64,000 nt of DNA, from positions 5,129 to 69,128 of the forward strand of contig CACVAP010000090.1 of the NCBI GenBank assembly GCA_902727895.1, read 5' to 3'. Below, one piece after another: positions 1 to 11,206 of this stretch. The notes beneath the pieces were generated by a model. It did no database searches. It had not been told where the DNA came from and worked only from the letters and a program-made list of their open reading frames with translations. Origin of the DNA: an uncultured Sulfurovum sp. Lineage in GTDB: Bacteria; Campylobacterota; Campylobacteria; Campylobacterales; Sulfurovaceae. The stretch's first letter is position 1. Every line of letters begins with the position of its first letter. A program made the position numbers and the translations under genes.

Positions 1-1138
1 CATATCCATTATAAATACCGTCTCTACCCTGTTCTATTAGGACTTCAAGGTTTTGATTGTTTGCTAATCTAAAATCACGGTTTTTTGTTTTTACTAAAGC
101 CGTTAACTCTCTAAGACGCTCTTTTGCAATGTTTCCTCTTATTTCTGGTTTCATTGTTGCTGAAGCTGTGTTGTCACGTTTAGAGTAAGAGAAAGCATGG
201 ACATGGGTTAACGGTAAAGTTTTAACTCTTTCTATGGCTTCTTTCCATTCAGTTTCATCTTCACCAGGATGTCCGACAATATAGTCAGTCCCTATTCCGT
301 AACCTTTATCAGCTATTTCATGTAAAAGATCAAAATCTGTCTTAAAGTCATTTCTTCTGTTCATTATTTTTAGCATTTTGTCTGAGGTATGCTGTAAGGC
401 TATGTGTAAATGTCTCGCCATCCAAGGCTCTGATAACAATTCTTTAAACTCATCATCAATCTGTATAGGCTCTAAACTTCCTATACGAATACGTCTAACA
501 CCCCGTATCATACTCATACGCTTAAGTAGTTTTGCCATAGAAGAACCCTCTTTACTTCCATAACTTCCTACATTTGTTCCTGTCAAGATAAACTCTCCAA
601 AACCATTGGCTGCAAGCTTTTGAATTTGCGTTAAAATGTCTTCTTCATTGTGACTTCTTGCATCTCCACGTACAGAAGGAATAATACAATAAGAACATCT
701 AAAGTCACAACCCTCTTGGATTTTAATAAATGCCCTACTTTTTCCTACAAACTCTTCCACAATCGTTGAGTCGATATGCTTTAAATCCCCTATCTGATAA
801 AAAGGTTCCTCATATTTTAAAATTTCATTAATTTTCTCTTTTTCAGAATGACCAATGACCCCAAAAACCTTCTTATCTTCAAAGAGAGATTCACCCTTAG
901 AGTGTGAACCACAACCAGCCAAAATAACTTTAGCATTCGGGTTTTTCTTCTCTCGTCCATTAATATAAGAACGAACAGAAGAATCTGCTCCATTGGTTAC
1001 CGTACATGAATTTACCATGATAACGTCTGCTTCAGTTTCATCTTGTGTTAATTCAAAGTCTTTTAACTTTGACATCATTACTTGTGTATCGAATTGGTTG
1101 GTTCTACATCCAAAGGTCTTAAAATATACTTTTTTCAT
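1..1138 (-). CDS. mtaB: radical-SAM methylthiotransferase, MiaB/MtaB family (C-terminal part lies outside the window)
   Basis: Not in the ORF track because it runs off the window. Hand translation from ATG at 1138 gives MKKVYFKTFGCRTNQFDTQ... (UPF0004-type N-domain) and IQEGCDFRCSYCIIPSVRG (CxxxCxxC radical-SAM cluster). MtaB versus MiaB/RimO assignment is tentative. Confidence 0.75.
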   Translation of the reverse strand, partial: MKKVYFKTFGCRTNQFDTQVMMSKLKDFELTQDETEADVIMVNSCTVTNGADSSVRSYINGREKKNPNAKVILAGCGSHSKGESLFEDKKVFGVIGHSEKEKINEILKYEEPFYQIGDLKHIDSTIVEEFVGKSRAFIKIQEGCDFRCSYCIIPSVRGDARSHNEEDILTQIQKLAANGFGEFILTGTNVGSYGSKEGSSMAKLLKRMSMIRGVRRIRIGSLEPIQIDDEFKELLSEPWMARHLHIALQHTSDKMLKIMNRRNDFKTDFDLLHEIADKGYGIGTDYIVGHPGEDETEWKEAIERVKTLPLTHVHAFSYSKRDNTASATMKPEIRGNIAKERLRELTALVKTKNRDFRLANNQNLEVLIEQGRDGIYNGY

Positions 1139-1163
1139 TTTTTCATCTTTTTTATTTTTTAAT

Positions 1164-2954
1164 TTATATCGCTGTATGATTTTCCGTAGGTTCATCACCA
1201 TCTTTAAGTGCTACTCTTGGATTATCTGGGTTCTTATGGTAAATAGATTGACTTGGAAGAGCAAGCTCAATGTCATCTTCAGCTTGTATACGTGCTAAAA
1301 TTTCTACTGAAATAGTCGTTCTTAAAGTCAAGGTTGCATAAGAGTTGGTTAAGTACCATGCTGAAACACGCATCCCATACGGTTCAAAAATAGTAAATAT
1401 ACGAGGTTCAACCCCTGTGTTTCTAACACTGTATTTAGAACGTAAACGGTTTAACTGTTTTCTGGTCATGTCTGTATAACCTTTTGAATACTTACGTGTT
1501 ACCTCTTTCGCAATCTGTTGTGCTTTCGCAATGTTAGAATCAAAGGTAACAATAAACTCAGCACCATCCCAAACAGTTTTAAGTCCTGAATGAGAGTAAT
1601 TCGCAATCATATCTGTAAAAATGTAATTATTGGGGATAAATACAATACGTCCTGAACGCTTATTGAGCATAATGGTTGTTAAAGTTACATCTTCATGTAA
1701 AGTCATACGAAGTACCGAAATATCAACAATATCTCCAACATACTCTACCCCATCTTTTACAAATTTAACCCTATCACCAACATGAATAGAACCCGAAACC
1801 AAGATGACAAACCATCCAAGTAAAGACATAAACCAATCTTTAAGGGCAATGGCAATACCAGCTGAAGCAAATGACAAAATGGTCATAAGATTTTCTACAT
1901 TTTCAAGGTAGGTAAAAAGTAGAATAATAAAAATCATAAAGATAAACATAAAGTTTACCACTTTATTCATTCCATAAAAGAGGTCATTATCAGACATATA
2001 TTTACGTACTAAGTACTTAACCAATAGGAAAATTAAAAGTAAAACTAAAATAATCGTTCCAGTCACAATTGACTTTTTAATCTCTTTTTGAATACCTTTG
2101 TCTATGTTCAAGTTAATTTGAGAAACTCTTTGAATAAAAGTCTCAATCGAAGTTTCAAAAACCTCTGATGCCAACTCAAAGTCTTTCATCTTCTCTTTTG
2201 TTCTGTCTAGCTCTTCAACATAAGTTTTATCATCACTCAAAAGACACAGTTCTCTTAGAATTGTATTTTTTTCTCGAATTTGCATAAGCGCAGCACTCAA
2301 TGAAATATATTTTCTATCATTTTCCTCTTTAAGTGTTGTCAAATGCTTTTGATAAGACATTGCAGTAATAATATCTAAAGGATTTGTAATACCTGGCTCT
2401 TCTTCAAGTTGAATCGGCTTAATAAGTTCAGCAAATGGGTCAGTTCTATATTCATTAAGTTGAGATATTTTTCCTGAAACAATTTTATACTCTTCTTCTA
2501 AGTTTTTAAGTTCTAATTTCCTAACATCACTTAAATCTTTTTCATTTTTATAAACTTTAATTTCATCTAGAAGCTCTTGAAGTTTCATATTAAAGTTTTG
2601 ATATCTCTCATAAGGTAAATACTTACTTGCCCAGATATTGTCTTTGTCTAATTCCTCAATAGCTGTTTTCTTTTCTATAAGTGATTCAATCCGTAGAGCT
2701 AACTTCTTCTCCCCAACTAATCTTTTTTGCTCTCTAATCAGTGCCTTTTTTTTCTTTTCTTCTTCTAATTTTCTTTCTTCTTCTAGTTTCTTCTGTACTA
2801 AAAGATTCTCAATAACCAAAATACTTTCTTGGTTTCTTTGCTTATCTTCAGCTTCAAGCATCTCCATGAGTGTAGAGTTTACTTCATTTGTTAGATTGCT
2901 ATCTGCCTGTGCAAATTGCAATAGTAGTAAAATAGAAAATAAAAAAGTTTTCAT
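1164..2954 (-). CDS. mechanosensitive ion channel family protein (MscS-like) with signal peptide and long coiled-coil periplasmic region
   Basis: 596 aa. N-terminal signal MKTFLFSILLLLQFAQA and a K/E-rich coiled-coil half. TM helices are followed by an MscS-type beta domain (GDRVKFVKDGVEYVGDIVDISVLRMTLH...RIVFIPNNYIF). Confidence 0.8.
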   Translation of the reverse strand: MKTFLFSILLLLQFAQADSNLTNEVNSTLMEMLEAEDKQRNQESILVIENLLVQKKLEEERKLEEEKKKKALIREQKRLVGEKKLALRIESLIEKKTAIEELDKDNIWASKYLPYERYQNFNMKLQELLDEIKVYKNEKDLSDVRKLELKNLEEEYKIVSGKISQLNEYRTDPFAELIKPIQLEEEPGITNPLDIITAMSYQKHLTTLKEENDRKYISLSAALMQIREKNTILRELCLLSDDKTYVEELDRTKEKMKDFELASEVFETSIETFIQRVSQINLNIDKGIQKEIKKSIVTGTIILVLLLIFLLVKYLVRKYMSDNDLFYGMNKVVNFMFIFMIFIILLFTYLENVENLMTILSFASAGIAIALKDWFMSLLGWFVILVSGSIHVGDRVKFVKDGVEYVGDIVDISVLRMTLHEDVTLTTIMLNKRSGRIVFIPNNYIFTDMIANYSHSGLKTVWDGAEFIVTFDSNIAKAQQIAKEVTRKYSKGYTDMTRKQLNRLRSKYSVRNTGVEPRIFTIFEPYGMRVSAWYLTNSYATLTLRTTISVEILARIQAEDDIELALPSQSIYHKNPDNPRVALKDGDEPTENHTAI

Positions 2955-2956
2955 AA

Positions 2957-3997
2957 TTAAAATGCTTTCAACACTTTTTTCAATACAGCTTCCGAAATAT
3001 CATCTCTAATTTTATGTCCACCAATACTTTGAGCTAAAATAAACTTCAATTTATTATTAGCTGCTTTTTTATCCAAAAAGAACTTATCATAAAATGCATC
3101 CACATCTTTAATCTCATAAGTTGTAGGCAAAGCATGTTTCTTTAAAAATGTTTCAACTGAATCCATCTCTTCTTGACTCAGCATCCCTAATTCAACAGAC
3201 AAAGCATTTACCATCATCATTCCTATGGCAACTGCTTCACCATGTAAATACGTTTTATAATTTGTCTCATTTTCCACAACATGAGCAAAAGTATGCCCAT
3301 AGTTTAAAACAGCTCTAATTCCTGATTCTTTTTCATCAAGGTTAACAACCTCAGCTTTTAATTCAACTGAACGGTGAATGACCTTTTCTAAAATAGCTTT
3401 TTCTCTAAAGTCAGCCTCCATCAAAAAGTCAAAGTATTCTTTATCAAACATAACAGCCATTTTAACAATCTCTGCTATCCCTGCTGCAAACTCTCGAGCA
3501 GGTAAAGTCTTTAAAAACTCAGTATCTATGTAAACAGCTTCTGGCTGATAAAAAGCACCTATAAGATTTTTACCATAAGCATTGTTTACACCAGTTTTTC
3601 CTCCAACAGAAGCATCAACTTGTGAAAGTAATGTTGTGGGTACTTGAACAAATCCAATACCACGTTGATAAAGTGACGCTGTAAATCCAGTCATATCACC
3701 AATAACACCACCACCTAATGCAATAAGAAGTGATTTTCTGTCTAACTTATGCTCAAAAAGCTCATTTAAAATACTTTCTACTGTTTTTAAATTTTTAAAT
3801 TCTTCACCATCTTTTACAGTTACAACAAATAACTCATCAGCATTAATCTTAGACTTAAGTGTCTCTAAATGTAAAGCAGATACTGTCGTATTTGTAACAA
3901 TTGCTACTTTACGATTAAAAGTAAGTTCTGGTAGTGAATCAATTAGTACATCGTATTTTACGGCTGTGCTATTTTCTAAATGGATGGGTACAATCAT
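2957..3997 (-). CDS. aroB: 3-dehydroquinate synthase
   Basis: 346 aa. Contains GGGVIGDMTGFTASLYQRGIGFVQVPTTLLSQVDASVGGKTGVN and the metal-site region NYGHTFAHVVE...HGEAVAIG, both typical of AroB. Confidence 0.9.
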   Translation of the reverse strand: MIVPIHLENSTAVKYDVLIDSLPELTFNRKVAIVTNTTVSALHLETLKSKINADELFVVTVKDGEEFKNLKTVESILNELFEHKLDRKSLLIALGGGVIGDMTGFTASLYQRGIGFVQVPTTLLSQVDASVGGKTGVNNAYGKNLIGAFYQPEAVYIDTEFLKTLPAREFAAGIAEIVKMAVMFDKEYFDFLMEADFREKAILEKVIHRSVELKAEVVNLDEKESGIRAVLNYGHTFAHVVENETNYKTYLHGEAVAIGMMMVNALSVELGMLSQEEMDSVETFLKKHALPTTYEIKDVDAFYDKFFLDKKAANNKLKFILAQSIGGHKIRDDISEAVLKKVLKAF

Positions 3998-4082
3998 GAA
4001 TTTTAAGACCTAATTTTAAGAGTTTTATATGACTATAATTTTATCTTAAAATTGTGATTAAAGGACTTAATATTAAAGGTAG

Positions 4083-5501
4083 CTAATTATTAACAGGAAG
4101 CAAAAGCTGTGGATGTTTCTTTATGGACATAATATAGTTATTTGGCTCAGTAGAAAAAAGCTTCCACAGAGAAAACTTCTTAATCTCACTCGTAAGAGGC
4201 GTAATATGCAATACTTCCTCGTGATCTAAAAGTGCACGTACAGGATTCACAGGTTTTTTCTCAATACTTACTTTAAAGTTATAGAGCCTCGAAAGTGTTT
4301 CATAATGCTCAATAATCTTTTCATTGTCTCCAAAGTCACCTTCTGGACTATAATCACAAAGGCTTAGCTCAAGACCTAAATTATCTGCAAAGTCAAAAAC
4401 AGATGCTGAAAGTGACTCCATAACCTGTTCATCTCCCATTAAAATCAAAGCCTCTTTTATGTTAAAAAGAGACTTCTCACCAAATAGATAAATAGGTCGA
4501 TTATAACCCAACAAGTAATCTCTACAGGCTTTCGTAAAAAAATGCTTTCTCCCGACAAGAAAGAGTCCTATTTCATATTTGCTAATATCAAAGTCCATAT
4601 CTTCAATAACTTTATTCTTTTCATAAGTTATAAGAACCTGTATATCATCTGTTTGTAAAGCTCTAATTTCATTGGAAAGTTCAAAATTATTGGAAAATAT
4701 TAGACGAATATAAAGCTTGGATCTTTTGAGTTGATTACTTAAAAAGATTGCCTCATTCACTTGTATAAGAATATCTTCTTTCTTCTCCTTCATGTCAATA
4801 ATAAGATACAAATTTTTACCAAAAGGCTCTGGGAAAACACCTTGTCTACGATTTACTTTTTTATAGACTTCTTCTAAAACCAAAGGATTCCCAATAACAA
4901 TTAATCTGTCATTTGGCTGTAACATCGTAGCCGAGTTCGTAAATATCTGTTTTTCTTTCCTATATAAAGCAACTATTTTCCATTTTCTATGAGAGATGGC
5001 TCCAACGTGACGATAAGCAAAACTACTTCCAAAAGGAATAAGTATTTCCATAATTTCACCCTGACCTAAGCCAATATTTTTAGCAATAAGAGGCACATTT
5101 GGAAGTTTTTCATAAAGATTAGAAGAGATAATTTCATTGATATTTAATACCGTTAAATTATCATCATCAAACTTTATGTCTATCCAATTGGAAACAAAAA
5201 CAATAAAGCTTTTACTTGTAAGCATGCGTACATTTTTATAAGCAAACTCAGCTTCTTTTCTATTGTCCATCACGATGAATACCGTTGCAAAGTTCTTGTC
5301 ATCCATAACATTTTTAACACGCATATAAGAAGTAGGATCTATATCTATGTATGTAATGTTGTCAACAGAGGTAGCACAAGCTGCTACCTCTTCTTTTTTA
5401 CAAGTTATGTAATACTGGTTGGTATCAATACGGCTTGTTCCCACCCACTGAACAAAATGTTTCGCCAACTCACCACTTGCTAGTATTAATACGTTTTTCA
5501 T
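4083..5501 (-). CDS. conserved hypothetical protein with RCK/TrkA-C-like domain (COG3400-like)
   Basis: 472 aa. The central segment EIMEILIPFGSSFAYRHVGAISHRKWKIVALYRKEKQIFTNSATMLQPNDRLIVIGNP resembles a TrkA-C domain. It sits between aroB and tgt, as I recall for Campylobacter. Function unknown. Confidence 0.55.
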   Translation of the reverse strand: MKNVLILASGELAKHFVQWVGTSRIDTNQYYITCKKEEVAACATSVDNITYIDIDPTSYMRVKNVMDDKNFATVFIVMDNRKEAEFAYKNVRMLTSKSFIVFVSNWIDIKFDDDNLTVLNINEIISSNLYEKLPNVPLIAKNIGLGQGEIMEILIPFGSSFAYRHVGAISHRKWKIVALYRKEKQIFTNSATMLQPNDRLIVIGNPLVLEEVYKKVNRRQGVFPEPFGKNLYLIIDMKEKKEDILIQVNEAIFLSNQLKRSKLYIRLIFSNNFELSNEIRALQTDDIQVLITYEKNKVIEDMDFDISKYEIGLFLVGRKHFFTKACRDYLLGYNRPIYLFGEKSLFNIKEALILMGDEQVMESLSASVFDFADNLGLELSLCDYSPEGDFGDNEKIIEHYETLSRLYNFKVSIEKKPVNPVRALLDHEEVLHITPLTSEIKKFSLWKLFSTEPNNYIMSIKKHPQLLLPVNN

Positions 5502-5526
5502 TATAATTCACCAAATATTAAATTAG

Positions 5527-6663
<1,137 letters not shown>

Positions 6664-6678
6664 ACGCTCTTTTCGAAC

Positions 6679-6810
6679 TTATAGCCCTGCTTGTCTATAA
6701 GTTCCTGTCTCAACATTGTTATTCTTAATAAACTCTGCAAGATCTCTAACTGTCATACAACCTTCTTTGATTGCAAGTTTTAATAGGTTACTTTTATCAG
6801 ATAAGTTCAT
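6679..6810 (-). CDS. possible small protein (43 aa), hypothetical
   Basis: Below the track cutoff. Hand translation gives MNLSDKSNLLKLAIKEGCMTVRDLAEFIKNNNVETGTYRQAGL. The ATG is preceded by AAGGAAA at about 7 nt. No recognisable family. Confidence 0.25.
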   Translation of the reverse strand: MNLSDKSNLLKLAIKEGCMTVRDLAEFIKNNNVETGTYRQAGL

Positions 6811-6954
6811 AATAATTTCCTTATATTAAAATTAAATAAATTAGTATATTTAATTATTTAATTTATTATAATGGAACTTTTTACTATTTAAACTTAAATT
6901 TAAATAAATTTAAGTTTTTAGATTTATATTTTAAAATATAAATTATATAATGTT

Positions 6955-9009
6955 TTATATGGTTATTTCTTGTATGTCTGCTATCTCTTTAAATGATTTA
7001 TAGATTGATGCAACCGTATTTTTACGGTTTGTTTTTACAGCTTCATCTTCTGCATTTACCATTACATCATCAAAGTAAGTATCTAGTTTTGATTTCAATG
7101 CAAACATCGCTGTTAATTGTTCTTCATATGAAGCATAAGACTGCGCCATAGTCCCTGTATAGTCGTCATATAACGTACTTTCTATATTTTCAGAGAAAAG
7201 TGCTCTGTCCACTTTTAGATCGGCATCAAGATTTACTTCTTTAGAGATGTTAGCAACACGCTTAAAGGTTGAAAGTTGCTCTTTAAAGCTCTCCTGAGAA
7301 ACAATGCTATTTAAAGCTGAAACCTTTTTAGCTATTTCATTTACATCAAGTTCACCTGAACCCAATACAGCTGCAATCACCGATGGATTCGCCACTAAAG
7401 ACTTTTTAATACGTTCTAAAATAAATTCAATAAGCTGAACCGTCTCATAATCAGCATAAAGTTCATTCAGAACATTAACTATTTCACTTAAGTTAAACGC
7501 TAAATCATAATTGATAACCATACGAACAATACCATTAACAGCACGACGTAGGGCAAATGGGTCTTTTGAACCAGAAGGTATTTTACCTACTGAGAAAAGT
7601 CCAATGAGTGTGTCAAGCTTAATTGACATCGCAACAATAGCAGAGAAAGTAGAAGATGGAAGTTCAGCACCCTCACCTAAAGGGAAGTACTGCTCTTTAA
7701 TGGCTGTGTAAACAACCTCATCTTTACCCAATGCTTTTGCATAGTAATAACCCATAAGCCCTTGAAGTTCTGTAAACTCATAAACCATTTCAGAAGTAAG
7801 ATCAGCTTTTGCCAATGAAATGGTTTCAGCCATTAGTTCTTTTAGCTCTGCTTCATTCTTTCCAGTCTCAGTTTTTACCTGTTCCATATAAAGGTCAAGT
7901 AGTTTAGCAGCTATTTTACTTTCACGGTCTATTTTGTCCGTTAAAGTTCCAAGACCATCCATAAAAGTAATCTTTTCTAAACCATCAGTAAGTAGTCCAC
8001 GTTTTAAATCGTTTCTATAAAAGAAAAGACCATCAGCCAAACGTGGTTTGAGTACTCTTTCATTTCCAGCCACAACTTTAGAATAGTCACCATTATCAGG
8101 TACTGCATTTGAGACAACCACAAACTTGTTAGAAAGGGTATCCTTTTCAAACACAGGAAAATAACGTTGATGCTCTTTCATAGAAGCAATAATGGCTTCA
8201 GGTGGTAACTCAATAAACAGTTCATCAAAAGTACCAAGAAGTGACTTAGGATTTTCAGTAATAGCCACAATCTCAGCCAACAAATCCAAGTCTCTTTCTA
8301 TAACTATGCTATGCTCTTTTTCAAGCTCATCAAACTCAGCTAAGATTTTCGCTTCTCTGTTCTTAGGATACAAAGAAACTTCACCTTTAGCCAAGATATT
8401 TTCATACTCTGCCACATCAGCAACTTCAACAGCATCAAAGTTCACCATTCTATGTACATAAGTTTTTGTGTCAGATTTTATACCAAAAAGTTCCACATCT
8501 ACAGAGTCATTATCCATACGTACTTGTAACCAACGAATAGGACGAATAAACTCATCAGTTCGACTTCCCCAACGCATCATTTTCCCAAATGCCATTGAAC
8601 CCAGCCATTTTGTCAACATCTCTTCAAGTAAAGTTACAGTTTCTGATCCTGCTTGCTCTTGTTTATAGTAAAGGCATTCTTTCCCTTTTTTCTCTATACG
8701 TCCAAGCGCTTCAAAACTCACACCACATTTACGTGCAAAACCTTCTCCAGCTTTTGTAACCACGCCATCACGAACAGCAGCCATAAGAGGTGGTCCAACC
8801 AGTTCAGTTGTATTGTCAGCTTGTTTAGTAGGTATTGCCGTATGTCGAAGTACTAAACGACGAGGGGTATAGATAAATTCAAACTCGGATTCGAGTCTAT
8901 ATTCTACGAGTAAATCTTTCCATGATTTTTCAATATTTTTTACAATTTTAAGAAGTGGTATAGCAGGTAGTTCTTCTACCCCTATTTCGATAAGAAGTGC
9001 TTTTGTCAT
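6955..9009 (-). CDS. glyS: glycine--tRNA ligase beta subunit
   Basis: 684 aa. N-terminus is LLIEIGVEELPA and the layout is GlyS-like throughout (TPRRL, HQRYFP, DPFALRR). Confidence 0.95.
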   Translation of the reverse strand: MTKALLIEIGVEELPAIPLLKIVKNIEKSWKDLLVEYRLESEFEFIYTPRRLVLRHTAIPTKQADNTTELVGPPLMAAVRDGVVTKAGEGFARKCGVSFEALGRIEKKGKECLYYKQEQAGSETVTLLEEMLTKWLGSMAFGKMMRWGSRTDEFIRPIRWLQVRMDNDSVDVELFGIKSDTKTYVHRMVNFDAVEVADVAEYENILAKGEVSLYPKNREAKILAEFDELEKEHSIVIERDLDLLAEIVAITENPKSLLGTFDELFIELPPEAIIASMKEHQRYFPVFEKDTLSNKFVVVSNAVPDNGDYSKVVAGNERVLKPRLADGLFFYRNDLKRGLLTDGLEKITFMDGLGTLTDKIDRESKIAAKLLDLYMEQVKTETGKNEAELKELMAETISLAKADLTSEMVYEFTELQGLMGYYYAKALGKDEVVYTAIKEQYFPLGEGAELPSSTFSAIVAMSIKLDTLIGLFSVGKIPSGSKDPFALRRAVNGIVRMVINYDLAFNLSEIVNVLNELYADYETVQLIEFILERIKKSLVANPSVIAAVLGSGELDVNEIAKKVSALNSIVSQESFKEQLSTFKRVANISKEVNLDADLKVDRALFSENIESTLYDDYTGTMAQSYASYEEQLTAMFALKSKLDTYFDDVMVNAEDEAVKTNRKNTVASIYKSFKEIADIQEITI

Positions 9010-9098
9010 TTTTAGGTTATCCTATTGATAATTATTGAAAGGATTTTATCTAAATGATGGTTATAAAGATGTTAATACAAAAGTCCAAATTAACAAAG

Positions 9099-9650
9099 CT
9101 ATTTACTTCGTTCTAAAACATTCGTCTTCTCACCATCAAGTGTTTCAACATTCTTCTCTGTCCAATAAACTTTCATGCCCTCACGTCCTACTCTTTTTGC
9201 CCATTTTTCCAACTTATTTCGCTCGCCAATGTACTTGTATTGTGGCACACCAAATCCACAAGAGGTTAAAACCAATTCTACTTTTAGCTCAAAAAACTGT
9301 CTGGCTCCTAAAAATTCATTAAAATGCGTACACATCTCATCCCATCGTTCATCAGCATCATGAATAACATCTGCTGTTCCATACAACTTAAGAATCATGG
9401 GTGCTTTATCAAAAGAGTTAAACATAATGGTCATGCGTCCATTTTCTTGAACATGTGCTGAGGTTTCATTACCTGAACCCGTATGATTTAACCAAACTAC
9501 GGTATGTTCATCAATGATTTTAAAGGTATCCATCCCTTTTGGCGAAACATTAATAAACCCCTCAGCTCCAGCACTTCCGATAACAAACATTTTTTGCTTC
9601 TCTATGAACTCTTTATGTGCTTTGTTTATGGTTTTGAATTTTACTGCCAT
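9099..9650 (-). CDS. pyridoxamine 5'-phosphate oxidase family (FMN-binding split-barrel) protein
   Basis: 183 aa. The pattern FINVSPKG...VVWLNHTGSGNETSAHVQENGRMTIMF is typical of PNPOx-like split-barrel proteins. AAGGA RBS upstream. Confidence 0.7.
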   Translation of the reverse strand: MAVKFKTINKAHKEFIEKQKMFVIGSAGAEGFINVSPKGMDTFKIIDEHTVVWLNHTGSGNETSAHVQENGRMTIMFNSFDKAPMILKLYGTADVIHDADERWDEMCTHFNEFLGARQFFELKVELVLTSCGFGVPQYKYIGERNKLEKWAKRVGREGMKVYWTEKNVETLDGEKTNVLERSK

Positions 9651-9675
9651 TTTTTGTCCTTGAGATATAATCTAA

Positions 9676-11205
9676 TTATTTTAATTTTTCTAAAACTATC
9701 TTCAGCTCTTCTATAAGTTCTATACTATTTAAACATTCTTTACGATAAATTTCAATTTCCTCATTACTATGAGAAGAAGGATTAAATAAAATATTTTTAT
9801 AAAAATCTACTTTTATTAAAATAGATTTTAGATTTGATAAATCACATTTTTTCTGGGTTATTTCATTATTAATAACCTCTAAAAGCTCTCGCACTTTATC
9901 TATTTTTTTATCTTCATCCATTGTACTATTTAATATTCCCAATAAATTAGGAATACGTTTATTAATTTGATTCAAAAGGTCATGAGGCTTTACAGCAAAA
10001 ATAATATCATTAGATTTTAAAGCACCAATCATATCTTCTAGTTTTTCCATTTTTCCTATTTCTAATAACTGTTTAAATTCATGAACAATTTTTTCAAATT
10101 CTTTTCTTAAATAATTACCACTACTATGAAATTCTCCCCGTTTCAATTCTTTCTTTGCACGGTACAAATAGTTTACATTACTTTCTTTTATTAGTGCAGT
10201 TTCATGATTATTTTCTCTAAATAAAAATATATTTTTAATATCCCACTTCTCATTTTCATGTCTTATGTTTAACATTCTATTTATTAAATTATAAAACTGA
10301 ATATTATGAGTCAAAATAATTTTCTGGTACTTTCCAAAATTATCTAGAATATATTGAATAATTAGTTTTCTATTTGCCATATCTAAACTAGTTAGAAAAT
10401 CATCTAAGACTAAAAGCTTTAAGTCACTATTAGTCTCATACTTTTTAGCTAATGCAAAATAAATAGCAATAGAAATAAGTTTTAATTTAGCTTCATTAAA
10501 GTGATTTTTAAAATCTCCTTTATCATCAATATCTTTTACTTTTATAGCTATTTTAGGAGAGATAAACTTTTTAGTATCAAATTGAATATCAGAATCCTTA
10601 ACTTCAAAAATAATTTCAAAATTTTCATCTAACTTTTTTAAAATAATATTTACCTCATCTAAAGGTATCTTCTCTTGAAATTTTTCTTTAAATAATCTAT
10701 CAGCCTCTTGTCTCTCTATAACTAATTTTTCTTGTTCATCAATACTACTTCTGTTGACGCTTGTCCGAATCGTCCTATAAATAGAATCTAACTCTGTAAG
10801 TAATGGAAAATGTTTTATCAATTCACTATTAATAACTTGATAGAAATCATATTGAGTAATTTTCTGAAAAACCTTTTCATCTGCAAAATAAATAGTTTGA
10901 TTCTCTAACAGCTCTGCATTAGTTAATATATTATTTTCTCTGTTTAAGTAATTATTATTTAACTCAATATTAACTTCTAAATTCTCAGTAGAGAACTCTC
11001 TATGTATAAATTTCTCTTTTATATCTATTTGATTGGTCACTATTTTCTTATCTTTAAAATAGTAAAAGTTACTATAAAGAGCTTTATATATTGAGCTTTT
11101 ACCTGTTCCATTTTCTCCATAAACTAAGAAGTTCTGTTCGCTTATATCAAAATCTAGGTTATGATGAAATTTGAAGTTTCTAATTATCATATTATTTATT
11201 TTCAT
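9676..11205 (-). CDS. SMC/ABC-type (AAA_13-like) ATPase with extra C-terminal domain, partner of the DUF262 gene
   Basis: Walker A GENGTGKSS, then a ~200-aa helical insertion. Signature-like NEAKLKLISIAIYFAL, Walker B/D-loop LLVLDDFLTSLD and H-loop ILTHN follow. I place the start at ATG 11205 (MKINNMIIRNF...), not the track's 11247. AAGGAG lies 9 nt upstream and the upstream gene's TAA ends 1 nt before it. Confidence 0.75.
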   Translation of the reverse strand: MKINNMIIRNFKFHHNLDFDISEQNFLVYGENGTGKSSIYKALYSNFYYFKDKKIVTNQIDIKEKFIHREFSTENLEVNIELNNNYLNRENNILTNAELLENQTIYFADEKVFQKITQYDFYQVINSELIKHFPLLTELDSIYRTIRTSVNRSSIDEQEKLVIERQEADRLFKEKFQEKIPLDEVNIILKKLDENFEIIFEVKDSDIQFDTKKFISPKIAIKVKDIDDKGDFKNHFNEAKLKLISIAIYFALAKKYETNSDLKLLVLDDFLTSLDMANRKLIIQYILDNFGKYQKIILTHNIQFYNLINRMLNIRHENEKWDIKNIFLFRENNHETALIKESNVNYLYRAKKELKRGEFHSSGNYLRKEFEKIVHEFKQLLEIGKMEKLEDMIGALKSNDIIFAVKPHDLLNQINKRIPNLLGILNSTMDEDKKIDKVRELLEVINNEITQKKCDLSNLKSILIKVDFYKNILFNPSSHSNEEIEIYRKECLNSIELIEELKIVLEKLK

Positions 11206-11206
11206 C

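Noticed and set aside
6890-6917. Perfect 11-bp inverted repeat AAACTTAAATT-taaata-AATTTAAGTTT downstream of glyS, considered as a terminator.
   Set aside because: The stem is pure A/T, so very weak, and has no flanking U-run in either orientation. Such palindromes are expected by chance in this AT-rich spacer.
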